A stretch of DNA of 63,300 nt, filler included, from Acidimicrobiia bacterium (GTDB lineage Bacteria > Actinomycetota > Acidimicrobiia > Spongiisociales > JAENVV01): NCBI GenBank assembly GCA_041577335.1. It is 4 parts of 3 records of this genome, joined end to end, with 100 filler letters (N's around TTAATTAATTAA, not from the genome) between each part and the next. Parts side by side here need not be neighbours in the genome. Positions count along the whole stretch, not along the records: positions 20,809 to 43,356 come from JBFGJH010000004.1; 3 more parts are not named here. One strand, 5' to 3'. Under the pieces are notes generated by a model that saw only the letters and a list, made by a program, of their open reading frames with translations, made no database searches and had not been told where the DNA came from. The translations under genes were made by a program, and so were the position numbers. Below are positions 31,292 to 41,243 of the stretch, piece after piece (the stretch's first letter is position 1; each line of letters begins with the position of its first letter).

Positions 31292-32064
31292 CGGACCTGC
31301 CCGAATACGTGCAGATCAACCGGACGCATTGGGACGACAACGCGCACGAATGGGTGGCGGGCGGCGAGCGGGCCTGGGCTACAGATGTCCCCACCTGGGG
31401 GATGTGGCAGATCCTCGATGCCGACCTCGGGCTGCTTCCCACCGATATGACCGGAATGCGGGCAATCGAGCTCGGCTGCGGCACCGGTTACATCTCGGCA
31501 TGGCTGGCGAAACGAGGGGCCTCGGTGGTAGCAATCGACAACTCGGCCAAGCAGCTCGAGGCCGCCAATCGCCTCAACGAGCAGTATCAGCTCGATATCG
31601 AATTCATCCACGGGATCGCCGAGGAGGTGGACTACCCCGACGAGTCGTTCGACTACGCAGTGAGCGAGTACGGAGCCTCCCTTTGGTCGGACCCATACGT
31701 GTGGATCCCCGAGGCACACCGACTGCTCAAAGCTGGTTCGGAACTCGTCTTCTTGTCGTCCACGACGCTCTCGGCGATATGCAGCCCCCTCGACGGATCG
31801 TTGCCCACGACCGAAACGCTGCAGCGGCCGTATTTCGGGGTGCACAAGTTCGATTGGCGAGACGCCATTGATGACCCCGGCGGGATCGAGTTCCACCTGA
31901 CCACCAGCGACTGGGTTCACCTGTTCAACGACACCGGCTTTGAGATACTCGACTTCTTCGAACTGCAGGCGCCCCACGACGGAGACGAGGTCAACTACTT
32001 CGCCACCGCCACCTGGTCACGCAAGTTCCCAAGCGAAGAAGTCTGGAGGCTCCGCAAGCGCTAA
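31288..32064 (+). CDS. Class I SAM-dependent methyltransferase
   Basis: IELGCGTG and SEYGASLW motifs. Confidence 0.88.
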   Translation: MTDLPEYVQINRTHWDDNAHEWVAGGERAWATDVPTWGMWQILDADLGLLPTDMTGMRAIELGCGTGYISAWLAKRGASVVAIDNSAKQLEAANRLNEQYQLDIEFIHGIAEEVDYPDESFDYAVSEYGASLWSDPYVWIPEAHRLLKAGSELVFLSSTTLSAICSPLDGSLPTTETLQRPYFGVHKFDWRDAIDDPGGIEFHLTTSDWVHLFNDTGFEILDFFELQAPHDGDEVNYFATATWSRKFPSEEVWRLRKR

Positions 32065-32070
32065 CGCGGC

Positions 32071-32239
32071 TTCGACCCGATCAGGATCGTGTCGAGTCCA
32101 ACGGAGGGGGAGTTTGAGGGGGAAGGCTCCGCCGTCCCCCTCAACTGGAGTCTCGGCGACATGCGCGCCGAGACGACAGGATGAGCGCCGCCGAAGGGCG
32201 GCTCCTCCAGAAACTCGATCGGATCCTGATCCGATCGAA
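32071..32239 (+). repeat. Structured intergenic repeat family A, copy 1 (with flanking inverted hairpins)
   Basis: Similar to 39764-39896 and 33241-33372; 27-bp imperfect inverted ends at 32071-32097 and 32213-32239. Confidence 0.8.
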
Positions 32240-32242
32240 ACC

Positions 32243-33052
32243 CTAAGGCGCTGTGATTTCGAAGTCGCCGTCGAAGTCGCTGAGCTCGAAGGACGCCCGG
32301 TAGTACTCGGTGGCGAGAGTGCTGGCGACGACGCCGCTGAATCGGTACTCGGCTTTGGAGACAAATCCCGATCGATCCAGCCACAGATCGATGGTTCCGC
32401 CGGTGAGCTCGCTGAAGGCATTGAGATCCTGCACTTCATTGGCTGTCAAGAAAGCCCGGAGCTCGTCGACGCCTCCCCGTAGGTGCACCGTCGGCCGACC
32501 TGCCACCTCCTCCTCACCGACCTCATCGAGCACGGGCAGGATGATCTCCAGTGAAGCCGGGCTCAGCAACGAAACATTGGCGAGCGCCAGCAGCTGAAGC
32601 GCCGTCCGGTCTTGCTCCCATTCACCGCCGGACTCGCGGAACCAGGCGTCGTCACCGACTGCGATGATCTCGACATCGACATCGCCGCCCCCGGCGCCGG
32701 CCGTCTGGACGGCGATTTGGACCCCGGCGGGCGAACGCTGATACGTGCCGTCGATGTATGAAGCGAGAAGAATTGCCGACTCTTCGGCATCCGACGAAGA
32801 GACAACCTCGGTTCGGGCACGGAACCGCTCCACCCGGCTGGCGTCGAACACCTCCTTCGCCAAGTCGAGACCCTCGACCCCGTCAGCCAGCACCGGCTCA
32901 GGGGCTTCGGTGGTCGTCGGCGTCGACGCGGGCGCGATTGTTGAGGTCACGGGAGGAACAGTCGGTGTTGGAACCGTTGTCGCAACAGAGGTCGTCGTCG
33001 CGCTCGCCGAGCAAGCAGCAACCACCATCAAAAACGGAAGAACGCGTTTCAT
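32243..33052 (-). CDS. Lipoprotein, possibly LppX/LprAFG-like fold
   Basis: Lipobox VAAC, Thr/Pro linker; VGEEEVAGRPTVHL..IDLWLD..FELSDFD pattern. Confidence 0.65.
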   Translation of the reverse strand: MKRVLPFLMVVAACSASATTTSVATTVPTPTVPPVTSTIAPASTPTTTEAPEPVLADGVEGLDLAKEVFDASRVERFRARTEVVSSSDAEESAILLASYIDGTYQRSPAGVQIAVQTAGAGGGDVDVEIIAVGDDAWFRESGGEWEQDRTALQLLALANVSLLSPASLEIILPVLDEVGEEEVAGRPTVHLRGGVDELRAFLTANEVQDLNAFSELTGGTIDLWLDRSGFVSKAEYRFSGVVASTLATEYYRASFELSDFDGDFEITAP

Positions 33053-33240
33053 CGAACCACAGTCTGTCATGTTGCGCCGTCGTAGCGTGCGCGCACGATC
33101 GAACAGCTGACCCAGGTGGAAACGCACGTCTTCGCCACTACGTGCCTCCGTCGCCCCCTCCGCTTCCGCCTATCGGCGGAACCACCTCCCCCAACGCTCA
33201 CTCCGTTCGCTGGAGGAGGAGATGGTGAGCCCTTCTTCGT

Positions 33241-33372
33241 TGGGGGAGCTCGAGGGGGCGGCTCCGCCGTCCCCCCTCGTTCCACAGGATGACCGCGGCT
33301 GAAGGGCCGCGCGACCAGCCCGAAGCCACGCCGGAGGCGAAGCGACGCTCGACCCGAGCCTGCTCGGGTCGA
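33241..33372 (+). repeat. Structured intergenic repeat family A, copy 3 (variant)
   Basis: GGGGGAG..GAGGGGG..GGCTCCGCC..CCCCCTC, ACAGGATGA, GAAG-loop hairpin and CT-loop hairpin. Confidence 0.7.
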
Positions 33373-33412
33373 AACCCGCGTTAGTGTTTTCGACGCGTTC
33401 GGAAGGTGTGGA

Positions 33413-35863
33413 ATGGCCCGGGTTGTAGTTGTTGGCGGCGGCATCGTCGGCGCAGGCGTCGCTTACCACCTGGGGGTGGTCCACGGCTGGGAAGACATCG
33501 TGGTGCTCGACCAGGGGGAGCTTCCTCACAACCCCGGTTCCACCTCTCACGCACCCGGGGGAGTCGTTGTCGCGAGTCACGCCAAGCTCATGGCGGATCT
33601 CGCCTCGTACTCTTCCAAGCTCTACTCGACGCTCGACCCGATCGACGACCAGCACATCAACTACTTCGCGGCGGGTGGTCTGGAGATGGCTCGGACGCCG
33701 GAACGTTGGGAGGACCTCCATCGCTTGCATAGCGCATGCACGGCGTTTGGCATCGAGACCCATCTGCTCAGCGCCGACGAGACGGTCGCCCATCTCGATT
33801 TCATGGACCCGAGGCCCCTGGCCGGGTCCCTATACGTGAAGGAATCGGCGCTGGTTCGGGGATACCACATCGTCGGGGACTTTCTCGCCAAATCGGGGGC
33901 AACGGTTTACCCGCACACGGCTCTCGGCGATGTAGAGGTAAGCAACGGCCGGGTCGCGGCCGTCATGACAACAAATCCCGAAGTGCCGCGCATCGAAACC
34001 GAGTATGTAGTGATCGCCGCCAACATCTGGTCGCCGGCCCTGACCCGCCAGTTCGGCATGGAGGTTCCACTGCGCGCTTTCGAGCATCCGTACGTCATCG
34101 GACCCAGCCTCGACCAGTGGAAACACTACGACCGCAGCGTCCTCGCCGACGAGAACCACTACCCCCTCATCCGAGATCTCGACACAGCTATGTACTACCG
34201 GCGCCATTGGGACCGCATCGGCATCGGCAGCTACTTTCACGAGGCCCACATGGTCCGATCCGAGGACGTTGGACCTTCGGCGCTTCGCCCGTTCACGCCT
34301 TCCGACTTCGTCGCCGCATGGGCATTTGCTCAGGAGCTGGTCCCCGAGCTTCGAGGTCAGAACGTGGAATACGAGAAGGCCTACAACGGGATGTTTGCGT
34401 TCTCGGTGGACGGTTATCCAATCATCGGCGAATCGCAGACGATCGGCGGCCTGTGGTCAGCGAACGCGTCATGGATCACCCACGCTGGAGGCGTTGCCAA
34501 ATCCGTGGCGGAGTGGATGGTGTCTGGCACCACCGAGTGGGACATGCGCCAAGCCCACCTGTACCGCTTCTCGCGTCATGCCGTCGAGGCAGGGTTCGTC
34601 GATAGGATCACCTCGAAGAACTATCGAGAGATATACGACATCATCCACCCTCGGCAACCGCTCACCGAGCCGCGCAATGTCCGCCTGACCCCGTTTCACG
34701 ACCGCCAGGTTGCGGCCGGAGCTTGCTTCACCACGTTCGCCGGGTACGAGCTTCCCAACTGGTACGAGTCCAACGCCGACCTCGTGGAGAGGTACCGGAG
34801 CCAGATCCCCGAACGCGCCGGTTGGGGTGCTCAATTCTGGTCTGCCATTCAGGGGGCCGAGCACCTCGCCACTCGAAAGAACGCTGGGCTGTTTGACCTC
34901 ACCGGCCTGTCGATCATCGAGGTGAGCGGAGCGGGAGCAGCCCGGTACGCCGATGAGCTGTGCTCAAACCGCATGGACGGGACAGTCGGGGCCGTCACCT
35001 ACACCTGCTGGCTCACCAGCCAGGGTGGCATCAAGCGAGACCTCACCGTCGCCCGTCTGGGCGAAGACCGCTTTTGGATGTTCGTCGGCGAAGGAACCCT
35101 GCCCATGGATCTCCATTGGGCGCAGATCAACGCCCCTCACGACGTAGTCGTCGCGGATATCTCTGACGCCTATTCGGCGCTTGGCGTGTTTGGTCCGAAT
35201 GCACGGCTGATCATGGAGAAGGTCACCGACGAGGGCCTCACCAACGACACCTTCGGCTATTACACCGGAAGGTGGATGAACGTCGCCGGCGTTGAGGTGT
35301 ACGGCATGAGAATCTCTTACGTTGGCGAACTCGGGTGGGAGCTTCATATTCCGATGGCACAGAGCCTCGAGGTGTGGGACGCGCTGGTGGCTGCCGGCGC
35401 CGACCACGGCTTGGCCCTGGTCGGAGGCGGGGCCATGGATTCGCTACGGCTGGAGAAAGGCTATCGACTGTGGGGCGGCGACATCTACACGGAGTACAAC
35501 GTCTACGAAGCCGGTCTCGGGTGGACAGCCAAGCTCGACAAGTTCAGCTTCGTCGGCAAGGAGGCGACCGCCGCAGCCAAGGCCGCTGGACCAAAGAAGG
35601 TCCTCACCTGCCTCACAGTCGATGATCCAGGAGCAACGCTCATGGGCAACGAGCCGGTCTTCTCCGCCGATCAGAAAGTGGGCTTCGTCACAACTGCCAA
35701 CTTCGGCTACTCCGTCGGCAAGATGATCGCATACGCCTACCTGCCCACCGACGTCGCGGTGGCAGGCACCGAGTTGGAGGTGGAGTACTTTGCTCGTCGG
35801 TATGCCGCGAAGGTCGCCGAGGAGCCTCTGTTCGACCCTCGCATGGAAAGGATGAAGGCGTGA
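33413..35863 (+). CDS. GcvT-family FAD-dependent oxidoreductase (dimethylglycine/sarcosine dehydrogenase-like)
   Basis: GGGIVG, GSTSHAPG, WITHAGG, RISYVGELGWE and SLRLEKGY motifs. Confidence 0.92.
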   Translation: MARVVVVGGGIVGAGVAYHLGVVHGWEDIVVLDQGELPHNPGSTSHAPGGVVVASHAKLMADLASYSSKLYSTLDPIDDQHINYFAAGGLEMARTPERWEDLHRLHSACTAFGIETHLLSADETVAHLDFMDPRPLAGSLYVKESALVRGYHIVGDFLAKSGATVYPHTALGDVEVSNGRVAAVMTTNPEVPRIETEYVVIAANIWSPALTRQFGMEVPLRAFEHPYVIGPSLDQWKHYDRSVLADENHYPLIRDLDTAMYYRRHWDRIGIGSYFHEAHMVRSEDVGPSALRPFTPSDFVAAWAFAQELVPELRGQNVEYEKAYNGMFAFSVDGYPIIGESQTIGGLWSANASWITHAGGVAKSVAEWMVSGTTEWDMRQAHLYRFSRHAVEAGFVDRITSKNYREIYDIIHPRQPLTEPRNVRLTPFHDRQVAAGACFTTFAGYELPNWYESNADLVERYRSQIPERAGWGAQFWSAIQGAEHLATRKNAGLFDLTGLSIIEVSGAGAARYADELCSNRMDGTVGAVTYTCWLTSQGGIKRDLTVARLGEDRFWMFVGEGTLPMDLHWAQINAPHDVVVADISDAYSALGVFGPNARLIMEKVTDEGLTNDTFGYYTGRWMNVAGVEVYGMRISYVGELGWELHIPMAQSLEVWDALVAAGADHGLALVGGGAMDSLRLEKGYRLWGGDIYTEYNVYEAGLGWTAKLDKFSFVGKEATAAAKAAGPKKVLTCLTVDDPGATLMGNEPVFSADQKVGFVTTANFGYSVGKMIAYAYLPTDVAVAGTELEVEYFARRYAAKVAEEPLFDPRMERMKA

Positions 35864-37386
35864 CCGAGCGTCCTCGCCGGCGCGGCCGCCGGAACAGGGG
35901 CCCCGACTCAGATGTCGTCGAGCGGATCGTGCAACCTCAGTCGCGTATCGCTCCGTACGAGCTGGCGTCGGCCGAGCAGGAAGAGCTCATCCACGAGATG
36001 TCGATGCGCATCCTCGAGGAAGCCGGCATTGCCTTTTACGACGACGAGGCTGTAAAGCGGTTGCGCGCGGGCGGAGCGTCCGTCGGCGACAACCAGGTGG
36101 CCCGTTTCGACCGGGCCATGATCGAGGAGCTGGTCGCCAAGGCGCCGGCATCGTGGGTCCATTCAGGCCGCAATCCGGAACGGTCGGTGACCATCGGCGG
36201 CGACCACATAGCGTTTGCCCCGGTGGCAGGTCCGCCTTTTGTCCACGACATCGACGGTGGGCGCCGGGATGGCACTCTCGAGGACTTGAACAACTTCGTG
36301 AAGCTCACCTACATGAGCCCGTACCTGCACATCTCCGGCACCGAGATATGCACCCCGAGCGACGTGCCGTTCCACGAACGGGCGCTCGACATCAACTACG
36401 CCCATTACAAGTACTCGGACAAACCCGTAATGGGCCACTATCCCATCGGTCTGTCGGCCCGTGACAGCGTCGGCATGGCGAGATGCGTCTACGGCGCCGA
36501 TCGTGTGGACCGGGAACACTTCCTGTTGGGCGTCGTCAACATCTCCAGTCCTCGCCGCCTCGACGACCGCATGCTGGGCCTCCTCCACGAGTACGCGCTC
36601 GCCAACCAGGCGCTCGTCATCACCCCCTTCATCTTGGCGGGAGCGATGGGACCGGCAGCCATCCTGGGCACCGTTGCCCAGGCCAATGCCGAAGCCCTGG
36701 CCACCATCGCCTACGCCCAACTGGTGCGACCGGGAGCACCCTGCATTTACGGACCGTTCCTCGCCGCCGTGGACCTGCAATCGGGTGCACCAGTTTTCGG
36801 GGCGGCGGAGAGCACCCTCGCCCAGTTCCTCGTGGCGCAGATGTCGCGCCGCTATGGCCTCCCCTTCCGCGGTGCCGGCCAGTACATCAGCTCCAAGGTT
36901 CCCGATATGCAGGCCGGCTACGAGTCGGTGATGTCGATGTTTCCTTCGATGCTGACCCAGCCCAACTTCATCCTGCATGCGGCCGGCTGGACCGAGGCCG
37001 GCCTCGTCACCAGCTACGAGAAATTCATCCTCGACCTCGAGCTCTCTGGCGTCTACCTGCGGTTCGCGGCCGGCGTGTCATGGGACGACGACGAATGGGC
37101 CATGGAATCCGTGGTGGGGGTCCCGCCGGGCGGCCACCATCTCGGCACCGACCACACGATGGGACGCTTCCGCACCGCCTTTCATCGAACGAATCATCTC
37201 GACTACAACTCGTTCGAGCAGTGGAAGGCTCTGGGCAGCGAATGGTCGGACCGGCGCGCCAACAAGGCGTGGAAGGAGATGCTCGCCTCCTATGAAGCGC
37301 CGCCGTTGGACGAAGCCACTGACGAAGCCCTCCTGGACTACATGGCCCGCCGCCGCCCCGAGCTCGACCCGGCAGACTTCCAATAA
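35860..37386 (+). CDS. Trimethylamine methyltransferase (MttB) superfamily, non-pyrrolysine
   Basis: RNPERSV.IGG, NISSPRRLD, TPFILAGAMGP, SSKVPDMQA and HAAGW motifs; no in-frame TAG. Confidence 0.9.
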   Translation: MTERPRRRGRRNRGPDSDVVERIVQPQSRIAPYELASAEQEELIHEMSMRILEEAGIAFYDDEAVKRLRAGGASVGDNQVARFDRAMIEELVAKAPASWVHSGRNPERSVTIGGDHIAFAPVAGPPFVHDIDGGRRDGTLEDLNNFVKLTYMSPYLHISGTEICTPSDVPFHERALDINYAHYKYSDKPVMGHYPIGLSARDSVGMARCVYGADRVDREHFLLGVVNISSPRRLDDRMLGLLHEYALANQALVITPFILAGAMGPAAILGTVAQANAEALATIAYAQLVRPGAPCIYGPFLAAVDLQSGAPVFGAAESTLAQFLVAQMSRRYGLPFRGAGQYISSKVPDMQAGYESVMSMFPSMLTQPNFILHAAGWTEAGLVTSYEKFILDLELSGVYLRFAAGVSWDDDEWAMESVVGVPPGGHHLGTDHTMGRFRTAFHRTNHLDYNSFEQWKALGSEWSDRRANKAWKEMLASYEAPPLDEATDEALLDYMARRRPELDPADFQ

Positions 37387-38468
37387 TGAAGGCCGCAGTC
37401 TGCCGGACGTTCGGTCAGCCCCTGGCGATCGAAGATGTCGCCCTCGACGAGCCGGCCACCGGCGAGGTGCGGGTGCAGGTCAAAGCCGTCGCCGTGTGTG
37501 GCAGCGACGTCCACGCCGCTCGAGGCTCGTGGAACTATGACCTGCCGATGATCCTCGGGCACGAGGCTTCGGGAGTGATCACCCAACTGGGCAACAACGT
37601 TTCCGGATTGGCGGTCGGCGACCACGTGGTCGTTTCACTCCTTCGCAACTGTGGCGTTTGTTTCCATTGCCGCCGAGATGAGTCGCCTCTCTGCGAACAC
37701 CCATGGACACTCAACACCGATCAACGGATCCACGGTCCCGATGGCGAGCCGATCCATCAGGGGATCTACGTCGGTGCCTTCGCTGAAGAGGTCGTCGTCC
37801 ACCAGCAGCAATGTGTGGTGATTCCCGGCGAAGTCCCGTTCGACAGCGCCTCACTGCTCGCCTGCGGAGTCATCACCGGCCACGGGGCTGTCACCAACAC
37901 AGCAAAGGTCGAGCCGGGAGCCAGTGTCGTGGTGATTGGCGCAGGAGGGGTCGGCCTCAACAGCATCCAAGCGGCCGCGGCTGTCGCCGCAACCACGGTG
38001 ATCGCCCTCGACACGGCACCGGAGAAACTCGACGTGGCGATGCAGTTCGGAGCAACCCACGCTCTCCAAGCCGGCGATCCGGCCGTCGCCCGGAAGGTGC
38101 TGGCACTCACCGAAGGGCGCGGACCAGATTACGTCTTCGTCACAGTGGGCAGCGCCCGGGCGGTGGAGCAGGGCCTCGACCTGGTCCGCAAGGCCGGCAT
38201 GCTCGTTGTGGTCGGCCTTGGCGCAGACGACACGGTTGCTCGGATCGCCCTGCGAGATTTTGCATCAGGCGGGCGCCGAATCATCGGCTCCAAGATGGGC
38301 GGGGCCGATCTCCAACGCGACGTCCGTGCTTTGGTCGCCAGCTACCTACGCGGAGATCTCTTGCTGGACGAGCTCATCACAGACCGATATGCACTCGAGG
38401 ACATCAATGCGGCGATCGCCGGCGTCGGCCTAGGCTCAACGCTCCGCAACGTCGTGGTGTTCGAATGA
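37386..38468 (+). CDS. Zn-dependent alcohol/formaldehyde dehydrogenase
   Basis: CGSD, GHEASG, CxxCxxC..C, LACGV and GAGGVG motifs. Confidence 0.9.
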   Translation: MKAAVCRTFGQPLAIEDVALDEPATGEVRVQVKAVAVCGSDVHAARGSWNYDLPMILGHEASGVITQLGNNVSGLAVGDHVVVSLLRNCGVCFHCRRDESPLCEHPWTLNTDQRIHGPDGEPIHQGIYVGAFAEEVVVHQQQCVVIPGEVPFDSASLLACGVITGHGAVTNTAKVEPGASVVVIGAGGVGLNSIQAAAAVAATTVIALDTAPEKLDVAMQFGATHALQAGDPAVARKVLALTEGRGPDYVFVTVGSARAVEQGLDLVRKAGMLVVVGLGADDTVARIALRDFASGGRRIIGSKMGGADLQRDVRALVASYLRGDLLLDELITDRYALEDINAAIAGVGLGSTLRNVVVFE

Positions 38469-39646
38469 TGATCAACTCGCTCGACGTCTTCGTGGCCGCC
38501 AATCCGCCGCCTTCCTATGGCGGCCGCTACTTCGTGGTCGTGAAGCTCACCACCGACTCCGGCATTGAGGGGATCGGCGAGGTGTACTCGCTTCCCTTCC
38601 ATCCCCGAGCCGTCGTCCCCATGATCGAGGACGTGTTCCAGCGCCACGTCGAAGGGCACGACCCATTCCAGATAGAGCTTCTGTGGCGAAACATCTACGC
38701 CATGGGCTACTCATCGCGGGCAGACAACTCCGTGATGGGCATCCTCAGCGGTTTCGAGACGGCCTGCTGGGACATCGTCGGCAAAGAAGTCGGGCGCCCC
38801 GTCTACGAGTTGTTGGGAGGCCGGGTTCACGATCGACTCCGCACCTATACCTACATCTATCCGAAGGTCGGCGACACCACCGACGTATACCTCGATCCCG
38901 ATCTGGCAGCCGAGCGAGCCGTCGAATATGTGGAGATGGGGTTCACGGCAGTGAAGTTCGACCCCGCCAGCTTTTACACCTCCTTCGACCCTGATCAGCC
39001 GTCGCTCGAAACCCTCGGTCGATGCGAGACCTATGTCCGGACCGTCCGGGAAGCCGTCGGCGATCGGTGCGACCTCCTTTTCGGCACCCATGGACAGTTC
39101 ACTGCGGCCGGCGCCATCCGATTGGCTGGACGGATAGAACGGTTCAATCCGCTTTGGTTCGAGGAGCCAGTTCCACCCGAGCACTTCACGGCCATGGCCG
39201 AGGTGGCGCGCGCCACCACCATCCCTGTGGCAACCGGTGAACGGCTTGCCTCCAAATACGAGTTTCGTGAAGTGTTGACGCAGCGAGCCGCCGCCGTCCT
39301 GCAGCTGAATCTGGGCCGGGTCGGCGGGATCCTCGAAGCCAAGAAGATCGCGGGCATGGCCGAGGCTCACTACGCCCAGATCGCCCCCCACCTCTACAAC
39401 GGCCCGGTCGAGGGTGCCGCCTGCATCCAGCTCGATACCTGCACCCCCAACTTCCTCATCCAAGAAGGCATCCTCGACTGGAGCGGATTCCACGCTGACC
39501 TCATCGACGGCGGCATCACGTGGGAGGATGGCTACGTCATCCCCCCAACCGGCCCCGGCCTGGGCATCACCCTCAACGAAGAAGTCGCCCGAGCCAACCC
39601 GTACGAAGGCGACCACCTTCACCTGGACGTGCATCCGCGGGGATGA
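38465..39646 (+). CDS. Mandelate racemase/enolase-superfamily dehydratase
   Basis: WDIVGK, AVKFDP, GTHGQF, WFEEP, ATGE and APH motifs. Confidence 0.88.
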   Translation: MMINSLDVFVAANPPPSYGGRYFVVVKLTTDSGIEGIGEVYSLPFHPRAVVPMIEDVFQRHVEGHDPFQIELLWRNIYAMGYSSRADNSVMGILSGFETACWDIVGKEVGRPVYELLGGRVHDRLRTYTYIYPKVGDTTDVYLDPDLAAERAVEYVEMGFTAVKFDPASFYTSFDPDQPSLETLGRCETYVRTVREAVGDRCDLLFGTHGQFTAAGAIRLAGRIERFNPLWFEEPVPPEHFTAMAEVARATTIPVATGERLASKYEFREVLTQRAAAVLQLNLGRVGGILEAKKIAGMAEAHYAQIAPHLYNGPVEGAACIQLDTCTPNFLIQEGILDWSGFHADLIDGGITWEDGYVIPPTGPGLGITLNEEVARANPYEGDHLHLDVHPRG

Positions 39647-39664
39647 GAGACCGAAGACACGAGA

Positions 39665-39732
39665 CCCCCCTACCCCAGCCCGCCTGCCGGCGGCCTGCGG
39701 TACCTTCCCCCCAGCCAAGCTGGGGGGACTAT
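39665..39732 (+). repeat. REP-like repeat family C, copy 1
   Basis: CCCCCCTACCCCAGCCCGC...GGTACCTTCCCCCCAGC-CAA-GCTGGGGGGACTAT. Confidence 0.85.
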
Positions 39733-39763
39733 CTCCGTTGACGGCGCCTCGACCTCAGCCCCA

Positions 39764-39896
39764 AGGGGGAGTTTGAGGGGGAGGCTCCGCCACCCCCTCA
39801 ATAAGGAGTCTCGGCGACCTGCGCGCGGAGACGACAGGATGAGGGCGGCCGAAGGGCCGCTCGACCAGAAATCCGATCGAATCCTGATTCGATCGG
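39764..39896 (+). repeat. Structured intergenic repeat family A, copy 2
   Basis: Colinear with 32105-32238. Confidence 0.8.
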
Positions 39897-39899
39897 CAC

Positions 39900-40991
39900 C
39901 TAGGTGTTGAACAGGAAGAAGATCACGTCACCGTCTTTGACGACGTAGTCCTTTCCCTCGACTCGCATCTTTCCGGCTGCTTTGAGTTTGGCTTCGCCGC
40001 CGTACTCGAGGAGTTGGTCGATTCGGTATACCTCGGCGCGAATGAACCCGCGCTCGAAGTCGGTGTGGATGACACCGGCTGCCTGCGGGGCCTTGGTTCC
40101 GTGGCGAACGGTCCAGGCGCGGATTTCCTTGGGCCCGACCGTGAAGAACGTTTCGAGGCCGAGCAGCCGATAGGTTTCTCGAGCGAGCTTGGCCAGACCC
40201 GGCTCGGTGAGGCCGAGTTCGGCCAGGAACTCGCCTCGTTCTTCGGGTGGCATCTCGGCGATGTCCGACTCGACCTCGGCGGAGATCACCACCACCCCGG
40301 ATCCTTCGGCCTCGGCGTGCTTGGCCACCAAATCCACGAAATCGTTGCCGGCAACGCCGGCCTCGTCGACATTGCAGATGTACAGCATCGGCTTCATCGT
40401 GATCATCTGCGCTTCGGCCAGAGAGGCTCGTTCTTCAACCGTCCAGGAGGCTGAGCGAGCCGCGCGCCCATCGGCGAGAACATCAACGAGTTTCTGGGCA
40501 ACGTCTCGGTGGAACCCTGCCCCTTTGTCGCCGGTTCGGGCCATTCGAGCAAACCGGTCTACCCGTTTCTCGGCGACCTGAAGGTCGGCCAGCACCAGCT
40601 CGATGCCTACCGTCTCGATGTCCCGGAGCGGGTCAATGGTGCCTTCGACGTGGGTGATGTCGTCGGATTCAAAACACCGCACAACTTGCAGCACGGCGTC
40701 AACCGAGCGGATGTGTCCGAGAAACTGGTTGCCGAGACCTTCGCCTTCGGAGGCACCACGGACCAGGCCGGCAATGTCCACGATCTCGACGACCGTCGGG
40801 ATGACTTTCTCGGTCGAGATGATCGAGTTGAGCTGGCTGAGCCGTTCGTCGGGAACCGGAACCATGCCCACGTTGGGTTCGATGGTTGCGAACGGGTAGT
40901 TGGCCGCTTCGGCACCGGCAGCAGTGAGCGCATTGAACAGCGTGCTCTTTCCAACATTGGGCAGTCCGACGATGCCGGCTTGTAGGGCCAT
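39900..40991 (-). CDS. ychF: Redox-regulated ATPase YchF
   Basis: [32 protein letters not shown] and [13 protein letters not shown] motifs. Confidence 0.97.
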   Translation of the reverse strand: MALQAGIVGLPNVGKSTLFNALTAAGAEAANYPFATIEPNVGMVPVPDERLSQLNSIISTEKVIPTVVEIVDIAGLVRGASEGEGLGNQFLGHIRSVDAVLQVVRCFESDDITHVEGTIDPLRDIETVGIELVLADLQVAEKRVDRFARMARTGDKGAGFHRDVAQKLVDVLADGRAARSASWTVEERASLAEAQMITMKPMLYICNVDEAGVAGNDFVDLVAKHAEAEGSGVVVISAEVESDIAEMPPEERGEFLAELGLTEPGLAKLARETYRLLGLETFFTVGPKEIRAWTVRHGTKAPQAAGVIHTDFERGFIRAEVYRIDQLLEYGGEAKLKAAGKMRVEGKDYVVKDGDVIFFLFNT

Positions 40992-41243
40992 TGGGTCTCC
41001 GAGTGAAGCGGCGGGGAACAATACTCAACGACGGAAGGTATCGAGAACCCGCCGCCGGGCACCTGCGTGGCTGCCACCTCGCTCAGTTGTCTCGAAGACA
41101 CAACAGGATGCGCGACGAGGGGAGAGGGGATACGTGGCTGGAGCGCCGCGGACCGTCACTCAGGGTTGCTTAAGCAACCATTAAGCATTTCGGGCATACT
41201 TCGAGGGTGCGGTCTGGGAGGCTGCAACCAGAGGGGCACGAAT

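Noticed and set aside
35860..37386. Pyrrolysine recoding in the MttB homologue
   Set aside because: The ORF is continuous with no in-frame amber codon.
37811..39646. 611-aa ORF suggesting an extended enolase
   Set aside because: The first 218 codons overlap the dehydrogenase gene in another frame. The real start is 38465.
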